Of a stretch of 64,000 bases of DNA, positions 56,101 through 64,000 are shown one piece after another. The translations under genes and the position numbers were made by a program. This DNA is from Macrostomum lignano (Eukaryota), in assembly GCA_002269645.1 (NCBI GenBank), contig NIVC01002847.1:71733-135732 (forward strand). Direction: 5' to 3'. Under the pieces are notes generated by a model. That model did not search any database. It was not told where the DNA came from and saw nothing but the letters and a program-made list of their open reading frames with translations. Every line of letters starts with the position of its first letter. Positions within the stretch are counted from its first letter, which is position 1.

Positions 56101-59100
56101 TACGTAAAAATGCAAATACAGGCATAGATCACGGCCCTGAAGTTCTATATAAAAAAAGTTGTCTCGCGCAGTCGAGAACGATTTTATAATTCTTTATTTT
56201 TCATGTTTTCACTTGTCGCTCATATATAGACCTAAATAAGCGCAACATTGGCTGCAATAACAGAAAGAAATTTCTTTACAGTAGCTCGTACTTTGTTTCA
56301 TGTTTCAATCTTAAGATTTCCTCTCAACAACTTGAGTAACCATGCCAGCTAGCGACGACCAGTTGAAACAAATTGCTAACGAGGATCTGTCTGATTTGAA
56401 TTTCTCCATAGTAATGAGCGGATTAGCATTGACATTGTTGGGCGGACTTCGTGTGAGTATTTGAACAACTTTGCAGATTATTTCAGATTTTTGTATTCTA
56501 CCTAGATTATTGGGCTACCTGGCTCCCAGCTTCCAGTCTTCATCGTAGGGATTATAGCTAGCCTATCAGGGCCAGGAAATCTGACAGGCGAAGCTGGCCA
56601 CATTAAATTTATCGCTCGCATTCTATTCTCCCTTGCCTCTCTTTCCCAATTTCTGCAAGTGGTTCCCTCAGCCTATGAGAGATCAGCGAGGCGGCGGGCA
56701 AGAAAGAGCCTAAAAAGAGGAGGCAAGTCGAGGAGAACCGCACCAAATCGCATGGTCTGCCTTCCTTTTGCTTTTTGCGCAGCAGATTCTCTTAGATCGT
56801 CTACTTTCCTCTCTAACTAGCTTAGTAAATTTCATTTAGCCACTGAAGCCGTTGCTTTGCTTCAAGCCAAGCTTTTGCCTCTGCCAGCCGCGTGAGAAAG
56901 CTAAATATTGTATTGAATCGAACAGAAGTACCAATAAATTTTCAATTTCTCCACAAAAAACTGAACTATAGTTCAATGAACAGCTATCAGGTGAGTAAAG
57001 TTTTTAAAAGACATACATTGGGTCCCTGAGACAACTGTAGTGGGCCGGCACTCGCTGATTAGGGTTCGGTTAGTTCAGTTTAGCCTACGTGGCTAGTCTG
57101 GGTTATTTGAAATTTTAACGCAGACTTTTAACACAGACAACTGGCATGATATGATAACTTGCTAAATATAGGTAACACCCAGAGCTATAGGCACGTACAA
57201 AAGGAAATAAATTGAAAAACTTGTTGCTGACCGCAGCATTTGTACAATGGATAGATAGAACTCTTATATTAAAGCCATATAATCTACAGTCTTATCGCTG
57301 TTGCAGCGGGTTTCGTTTCGGGGTCTTCGTTTTTTGTTTATCTGCTACTGCCGCTGCGGCTGCTGCTGCTGCCGTGTCTGTCGTCCCCACGCACTAGCCT
57401 GGTTAGCGCACGCACGAGACCGTAGGTTGCGTCTCGATGCTTGTGAAAGTGCAACACAATACGATTTTTTGTACGAAAAAAAGCTTAGATAAGCAAAATA
57501 CTGGCTAGATAATAAATATAAATCTCAGTTATTTCTTCATTCCAATTGGTGACGCTGTATGCCAGCGTGACAGAAATCTGACACAGACAAACCACAGAAA
57601 GCCATGACAACAGAAATCAATTCGCAATTTAGGGCACGGTGCGCTAAAATCAGTCGTCAGGGGCCTATTTCATAAAGCACTTGTCGGACAGATTACAAAT
57701 GACAAGTTACAAGTGACAAGTGACAAGCGAAATTTGACAAATTACAAGCGCTTCTTCGGGGGTTTCGTCCATAGATATGCACTAAGCTGGATGCTTCCGT
57801 GTGAAAATACTTCCTCTTGTCATGTGTTTTTGACAAGTCGCTGTGACACTTGTAGCTTTATTAAAGCTGTCTATTAAAGTCCAAGAAGAACGCAAAGGCC
57901 GTCTTTTAAAGCAAGTCTGTCTAAAAACTCAGATCCTATAATTGTGGTCTGTGGTCTCAACTCTGGATCGATTTCATATGGTGTCTCAACCATAGACATA
58001 AAATTCAGTCATTTTTAAAACGAGTAAGGACCCATGTTTATGAAACCAAAATCTTAAGTGTACGTCTGTACGCACCGACTTACCAGAGTACGTTAATTAC
58101 TTTGAAAAAAATGATTAAGTGAAAAAATGTAAAACGACTACACAGTCTGAGTTGGTCTTGCTTCCTCGACTTAAAAAACTCAGCTTTGTCATTGAGACGT
58201 GAATACTAGAATTTTTTGCGAAGCTTTAATCCCCAACTTTTTTCGCTTTAATTAATGGAATCGGCATTGTGTCTGGAAGGTTTCTGTTTTGGAGACTTTA
58301 ATTGCTCGTCTGCAATTGTCTGTTTCGAATGAAGCAAGAAACTGCTTTAAATGACTTTGATTAATGGGCCGCGGCCCTAGATTCTGGTGGAACCAACTTT
58401 TTTCCTGTCCTGCTTTTATTTTTGCAACTGTTTTTACCCATTGAGCTGTGTGCTCTGCTCTCTTGTTTGTTCGGGTCTCATTAAAGTAATGAAACTTCCT
58501 ACAGGTACTTTTTTCCGTCTGGCCGTCTGTCTGGCTGTGTGGCTGCCAGTTTCTTTTAACGTCGGTCCTTAAATCTGCCGTTTTCTGTCATTTCTTTCTA
58601 TTTACGTGTAACGAGGCAAATAACTCTTTGGTGAATATTGTAATTTTGATAATTGCTGGATGGCTCACAGCTGTGGACTCGGCTTTGAGCAGCAATTTAG
58701 GAAATCGCAATTTTCTCTTTAATGGTTTTATTAGGATTTTATTTCTAAAGGCGTGCAAAATGGTCTCATTAAAGAGGCTGTAAGATTTTTGAGACAAAGT
58801 CTGTAGATGTGCAGATATGGCACAGAGACTTGTTAAGTTTGTGAGGCTGAGCATCTGAACATCTCTTCCCCCCCCCCGCAGCCGCAGGGCTCCTATTTGA
58901 GTCCGCGCCTCCTGCTGCAACAGCATCAGCAGCTGCACCAGCTCAACCAGGAGCAGTTCCAAGAGTTGCAGCAGCACCATCAGCAGGTCCAAATGCGTAT
59001 GCAGCATCATCAGCAGCAGCATCATCAGCGCCTCTCCAGTCTGGTGGCAGTTGATGACGAAGACGCCTGCTCGGCCAGCTCGTCATACAACTCGCCGTCC

Positions 59101-62100
59101 GGCTCCATCGCCAACCATTCGCTGGTGTCCAACTCCTCGGACAATCAGCTGGACATCGCCGCGACATCCTCCGCCGCCGCCGTTGCCGCCGCTGCCACTT
59201 CGGTCACCGTTGGATCGAACAGTAACGCGTCAACGTCATCGGCGGCGTCGAGACCGTCGTCGGCTGCCGCTTCCGGCCAGCCGCCGCACCGGAAGCGCCG
59301 GTACAAAGTGCAAATGCCGGAAGCTGACGAGCCGTTCCTGTGTCACGTGTGCGGCGACAAAGCGCTGGGCTATAATTTCGACGCTGTCACCTGCGAATCG
59401 TGTAAAGCCTTTTTCAGGCGGAATGCGCTCAAGAAAAAGGTTTGGGGGGAGCTCATTTTGGCATTGATTGGCTTTCTAATTGATTTTGCTCCACTTTTTT
59501 TTATAATAAAAATTGCATTCGGTGACATCGTCTCACAACCAGAGCGCTGACGGCAATTCTGCCCACTCCGCTGACTCATTGAGCACACACGTCATGTACA
59601 CTCGCTGTGTCTGAGTTTGAGTCGTTCGAACCCACCCCCCCCCGTCACCAAATTAATGTGGCCTATTACGACGCGGCCCTGAATTTCTATCAAAGAACTT
59701 TCTATCTAAAGCATTGGTTAAACGTCTTAACTAATAATAATAATAGTAATAATAATTGATTACACCTGCTCCAATTGGGCCAGATGTGCAACCGACAGCT
59801 CAGCCGCAGCTATTGCGCGGCGCATCTGAAGGCTGCGTACGGCTGTTCAGTCCAAGGACTGGGGGGTCGCCACACACACCCTCAATTACCACAGCTAATG
59901 CTGGCACTCATTTTACAGCTGGGTGAACTGAAGCAATGCAGAGTTGAGTGTCTTGCTCAAGGACACAAATTGTTCCGAGTGAGTCAAGAATCGAACCCCC
60001 GGCCTTCGATCAGGGTCCGACGGAGTCCGACGCTCTGACTACTAGGCTACAACCCCTAGCCTAGCTAACTAACAACCCCTAGTCTTAACTAAGCAAATTC
60101 CAATACGTTCCTCGTGCTGCAGTATATGATCATTTTAAACCAGGTTGCTAGGAAAACTATGAATTTAGGAATTTCTGATGTACATAGTGTCTATCTTGAA
60201 GTAAGTTGCAGACTGGTCGGCTTATTATTACTGTATAAGATTAGTGCGTGTTTTTATAACTTCAGTGTTGTTAGTGAATGAATAAGTACGCAGTATAAGC
60301 TATCGGCTTGCTTCATCTCAGTAGGTTACACAGTCAATAGTGACAGATTGCTTGCAGTCTGAGCTGATGCTATAGCTAATTATGGACTGTTTTCAACTAA
60401 TTATTAGCAGGAATTTCCCTGCCTGTCCGACTGTCTCTCTCCTGCTTTCCCTTCTCATCTCTCGCCTGCTCGGATTGCGGGCAGGGAAGCGCATGACATC
60501 AAAGGCCTCGGTTAGGATCTTCTGTACTTTTGGACTGTTTTTAATTATTAGATTTTCTTAGAGTCTCCATCCCCTCTCTCCCTCCCTCCATCCCCTCTCT
60601 CCCTCCCTCTCCCCCTCTCTCCCTCCCTACCTCCCTCCCTCCCTCTCCCCCTCTCTCCCCCCTCTCCCTCTCTCCCTTTCTCCCTCCCTCTCCCCTCTCT
60701 CCCTCTCTCCTCCTCCCTCCCTCCCTCTCCCCCTCTCTCCGCCCTCTCCCTCTCTCCCTTTCTCCCTCCCTCTCTCCCTCTCTCTCCTCTCTCTCCCTCT
60801 CTCTCCCTCCTCCCTCCCTCCCTCCCTCTCCCCTCTCTCCCCCTCTCCCTCTCTCTCCCTCTCTCTCCCTCCTCCCTCTCTCCCTCTCTCTCCCTCTCTC
60901 TCCCTCCTCCCTCCCTCCCTCCCTCTCCCCCTCTCTCCTCCCTCTCCCTCTCTCTCCCTCTCCCTCCCCTCTCTCCCTCTCCCTCTATCTATCTCCCTCT
61001 TTTTCTCTCCCTCTCTCCCTCTCTCCCTCTCTCTTCCTTCCTAGTATCCCTAACCTTTTCTTTTCCAGTCACCTCATTTCACAACCGCCCCTTAATCTGC
61101 TGCAACTTATTTGTCTGTAATTAATATTTCTTTGTTCTAAATCCCCCATCTCATGCGTTTAAGATCCGTGTCAAGTCCTCTCTTTCACTTTACCCATGTG
61201 CTTATAGCTATCGGTAATCAATAATTTTTTTTTAAATTTCCTTAGAGCTTTTCCTTTGCGTTATTATATATTAAGGCTTTCATTGGATTATTTGTTGGGC
61301 TATTGTAGGTGGACTATACATATGCTCTTAGTGCTCCTCTGCAGGCTTCAATGCTATTGTAGACTGACTCGACCAGATTACCTTACGTGTGTTCTTACCT
61401 ATATATCTATACAAGAGCATAGAAGATAAATCCAATATGCTGTCTAGCGGATCAGACGTGTCGCACACACGCGCACACCTGGCTTCACGGGCAACAGGGG
61501 AAGATAATGCCTAAGCCTAAGGTTAGGGATCGGTAGGCTTTACCGAGATAGAGATTCTTTTGGGAGACTCGCTACTCACCTGCTTGTTTCGGATATTATT
61601 TCTGCATCCATGTTTGTCTGTCTGTCTGTCTGTCTGTCTGCTACCCGTAGGTTTTCGGTGGGCGCTGAGTAGCTTGCACGCCCATGACTGCTATTTTCTC
61701 TCTTCTCAGCTTTTATTAGTGCTCGTGCACTGATGCTTCGAATGAGAACTAAACAGCAAGTCTAATAGTAAAAAAATACATTAGCTCCACGCACGTGCTA
61801 CCGAATGTTTGTGATTTCTATTCGAATTTCGGACGGCTTTTCTTCAACGAGTAATTAATTATTTTTTCTAGTCTGCAACTCTTACTTTCTTCTAGGAGCA
61901 GAAATGCAATTTCTCAGGCGCCTGCGACGTGTCGGTCAATACGAGGAAATTTTGTTCGGCCTGCCGGTTAAAGAAGTGTTTTAGCGTTGGCATGAAGAAG
62001 GACTGGATTCTGAGTGAGTACTCGATGTACTTTTATTGCCTTATCTTATTAGGTCCTCGGGTTCAACAAATTATTTAATTAACCTGCCATCAGACCCTGA

Positions 62101-63635
62101 AGCAATCAGACATCATTGTCCTCAGATCCTGAAGCAATCAGGCATCATTGTCTTCAGACCCTGAAGCAATCAGACATCATTGTCCTCAGATCCTGAAGCA
62201 ATCAGACATCATTTTCCTCAGATCCTGAAGCAATCAGACATCATTGTCCTCAGACCCTGAAGCAATCAGGCATCATTGTCTTCAGATCCTGAAGCAATCG
62301 GCATCATTGTCCTCAGACCCTGAAGCAGTCAGGCATCATTGTCCTCAGATCCTGAAGCAATCAGGCATCATTGTCCTCAGACCCTGAAGCAATCAGACAT
62401 CATTTTCCTCAGATCCTGAAGCAATCAGACATCATTTTCCTCAGATCTGAAGCAATCAGACATCATTTTCCTCAGATCCTGAAGCAATCAGACATCATTG
62501 TCCTCAGACCCTGAAGCAATCAGGCATCATTGTCTTCAGATCCTGAAGCAATCGGGCATCATTGTCCTCAGACCCTGAAGCAGTCAGGCATCATTGTCCT
62601 CAGATCCTGAAGCAATCAGGCATCATTGTCCTCAGACCCTGAAGCAATCAGACATCATTGTCCTCAGATCCTGAAGCAATCAGACATCATTTTCCTCAGA
62701 TCCTGAAGCAATCAGACATCATTGTCCTCAGACCCTGAAGCAATCAGGCATCATTGTCCTCAGATCCTGAAGCAATCGGGCATCATTGTCCTCAGACCCT
62801 GAAGCAATCGGGCATCATTGTCCTCAGACCATGAAGCAATCAGGCATCATTGTCCTCAGATCCTGAAGCAATCAGGCATCATTGTCCTCAGACCTGAAGC
62901 AATCAGGCATCATTGTCCTCAGATCCTGAAGCCAATGATGCCCAATCTCTTCCAATCCCCGCCGCAGACGAGACCGAACTGCAGCAGCGCCGGGCCAAGA
63001 CCCGCTGCAACCGGGAGTGCCGCACCGGCTCCACCCCGACCCGGACGCCGCCAATGCCGACGCTCCTGTCGGTCGATCAGCAGCCGCAGGCTTCACTGGC
63101 GATGCCCGTGTTCAAGCTTGAGCACAATCCGGGCTGCTGCAGCTCCGGCAAGTGCGGCGGCGGCTTCCAGCCTTCGTCCGGATCGCACTGCCAGGTGCCG
63201 CCTACGCCGCCGCCTCCGCCGACCCTTCTGGCATCATCGTCAGGCGTCACTATCGCCGCTGGAGCCGCCGCAGTCTCGGCGTCGCCTCCTGGCGTTGTCG
63301 ACGGAGCTTCGCCAGCCGCAGTCGGCCGGCCCAGCGTGCTGGCGTTCCTGCGCGAGGAGGAGCCGGAGCCGGCCGTGCCGCGCTGGACTGACAGGCGGCC
63401 GCTGTCGCCGGCCAGCGCCGCCATCATCGACGTGATCAGAGGCGCCCTGGACGGCGTCATGAACAACGTGGAGCCGCAGGACTCGGACAGGATCAGGTCG
63501 GCGACTAACGCGCCGGTGACTCTGGAGGCTCCGTTTGCCATCACGCTGTCATTTGTGCAGCGGTTTGTGCTGTTTGTTAAACGGCTGCCCGAATACAGTC
63601 TGATCGAGCAGAAGGACATGATTCACCTGATTAAG
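43926..63635 (+). CDS. NR1J: Nuclear receptor, NR1J/HR96 (DAF-12/NHR-8-like) group; multi-exon, continues beyond the window. Solid exons: 58882(or 58888)-59439, 61896-62013, 62968-63635. 5' exons are tentative.
   Basis: Spliced DBD reads CHVCGDKALGYNFDAVTCESCKAFFRRNALKKK|EQKCNFSGACDVSVNTRKFCSACRLKKCFSVGMKKDWIL(N)|ETELQQRRAK. P-box CESCKA; LBD helix 3-4 signature FVKRLPEYSLIEQKDMIHLIK; GT-AG sites with consistent phases (0, 1). Confidence is high for the three core exons and lower for the 5' boundary. Confidence 0.88.
44490..45200. repeat. Degenerate composite minisatellite rich in TGACTCA
   Basis: Units like AAATGACTCAAATCATTGATTGTCTG with block duplications; about 21 exact TGACTCA counted by eye. 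Confidence 0.9.
45885..46672. repeat. 23-bp minisatellite (TTGTCTGATTGATAATATTGCCC), about 34 units
   Basis: Tandem array; unrelated to the Helitron 23-mer. Confidence 0.95.
47428..47965. repeat. 30-bp minisatellite (CACCCACTGCAGACACCTGCTACCCTCCCT), about 17 units
   Basis: Tandem array ending about 45 nt before the candidate exon at 48012. Confidence 0.95.
48012..48146 (+). CDS. Candidate alternative exon (MQLVHRNF...VNDEQ, 45 codons, phase 0)
   Basis: Open from ATG to a perfect donor CAG|GTAAGT. Confidence 0.5.
48826..49579. repeat. 30-bp minisatellite (GAGCCATGGCATCTCAGCAA + CTCCCCCATT or ATCCCATATT), about 25 units in two sub-arrays
   Basis: Tandem array that switches variant near 49215. 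Confidence 0.95.
50171..50179 (+). CDS. Candidate 9-nt microexon (DHQ), phase 0/0
   Basis: Pyrimidine-rich tract and CTGAT branch-like motif, then CTTCAG|GATCATCAG|GTAAGT. Confidence 0.45.
50790..52372. repeat. 35-bp quasi-palindromic minisatellite (GTCTAGTGAGATGAAGTGTCTCATTTCACATCTCG), about 43 units
   Basis: Tandem array with nested inverted repeats GAGATG/CATCTC and TGAGA/TCTCA; no spacers. Confidence 0.97.
54061..54224. mobile_element. Short foldback element or MITE
   Basis: 32-bp inverted repeats (54061-54092 and 54193-54224, 1 mismatch), extended inward by TTCAATGCAC/GTGCATTGAA. TSD not evident. Confidence 0.6.
54230..54700 (-). pseudogene. Decayed Tc1/mariner-like transposase N-terminal (HTH) remnant
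   Basis: Frameshifted minus-strand pieces KDIARLLNVK ... QVQMLLDAVETNPLLTL / EMQQKLKEQFQLVI / TISRALEKRL...IPAVRN resemble Tc1-like HTH segments. No DDE domain seen. Confidence 0.45.
56342..56452 (+). CDS. Candidate alternative first exon (MPASDDQL...GGLR, 37 codons, phase 0)
   Basis: ATG to donor CGT|GTGAGT; TATATAAA near 56146 upstream. Confidence 0.4.
59732..60056 (-). mobile_element. CORE-like SINE, copy C (full length, CpG intact), intronic
   Basis: Reverse complement aligns with copy A; (TTA)n tail at 59732-59756. Confidence 0.88.
60566..61040 (+). repeat. Pyrimidine-only (CT) low-complexity tract, intronic
   Basis: CCCTCTCT-type iterations. Confidence 0.95.
62088..62932 (+). repeat. 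32-bp minisatellite (CAGATCCTGAAGCAATCAGACATCATTGTCCT), about 26 units, intronic
   Basis: Tandem array ending about 35 nt upstream of the acceptor at 62967. Confidence 0.95.
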
Positions 63636-63670
63636 GTGAGCTTTTGGACTGCTGACTGTCTGACTTAGCG

Positions 63671-64000
63671 TCTCTGTGTCTGCCTGTGTGTCTGTCTGTC
63701 TGTCTGTCTGTCTGCCTGTCTGTCTGTCTGCCTGTCTGTCTGTCTGTCTGCCTGTCTGTCTGCCTGTCTGTCTGTCTGTCTGTCTGTCTGCCTGTCTGTC
63801 TGCCTGTCTGTCTGTCTTTCTGTCTGTCTGTATCTGTCTTAGTGTCATTCTGTCTGTATCTGTCTTAGTGTCTGTCTGTCTGTATCTGTCTGTGTCTGTC
63901 TGTGTATCTGTCTATCTGTCTGTATATGTCTTAGTCTGTCTGTCTTAGTGTCTGTCTGTCTGTATCTGTCTGTATCTGTCTTAGTGTCTTGTCTGTCTGT
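63671..64000 (+). repeat. (TCTG)n microsatellite, degenerate, intronic
   Basis: Follows the donor AAG|GTGAGC at 63636. Confidence 0.95.

Noticed and set aside
57660-57875. Harbinger-like MITE (GGGCCTATTTCATAAAGC...)
   Set aside because: The right-hand inverted repeat matches only about 10 nt and there is no TSD; too weak to call.
59440-59550. ORF continuation VWGELILAL... after the first zinc finger
   Set aside because: Intron: the second zinc finger resumes in frame at 61896.

Overview
Eukaryotic (invertebrate animal) genomic DNA, not prokaryotic: it has spliceosomal introns, a nuclear receptor and CORE-like SINEs. The gene style (poly-Q/A/S, CESCKA-type receptor, satellite-packed introns) suggests a flatworm such as Macrostomum, but that is inference only. 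Layout from left to right. (1) 1-5.7 kb: intron-containing Ginger/GIN-like integrase, with a decayed Mag-type Gypsy LTR element (992-5103, minus) inserted just downstream of its stop codon. (2) Two intronless genes: an MGAT1/GnT-I homolog with an unusual 18-bp-repeat lysine-rich tail (7150-8802) and a divergent POT/SLC15-like transporter (12038-13522). (3) A SINE, a 5'-truncated RTE-like LINE, and a young full-length but broken Gypsy element (22953-27972) with a canonical -1 frameshift signal. (4) 28-37.5 kb: a cluster of non-autonomous Helitron-like elements, one complete and carrying two satellite arrays, in a strongly CpG-depleted domain. A SINE paralog and the LTR pair show specific CpG-to-TpG/CpA decay, the signature of regional 5mC. 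(5) About 43.9-63.6 kb and beyond: an NR1J/HR96-like nuclear receptor gene with several candidate alternative phase-0 first exons, a candidate 9-nt microexon and many unrelated minisatellites in and next to its introns. No CRISPR, rRNA or functional tRNA genes were found. All alignments and counts were made by eye.
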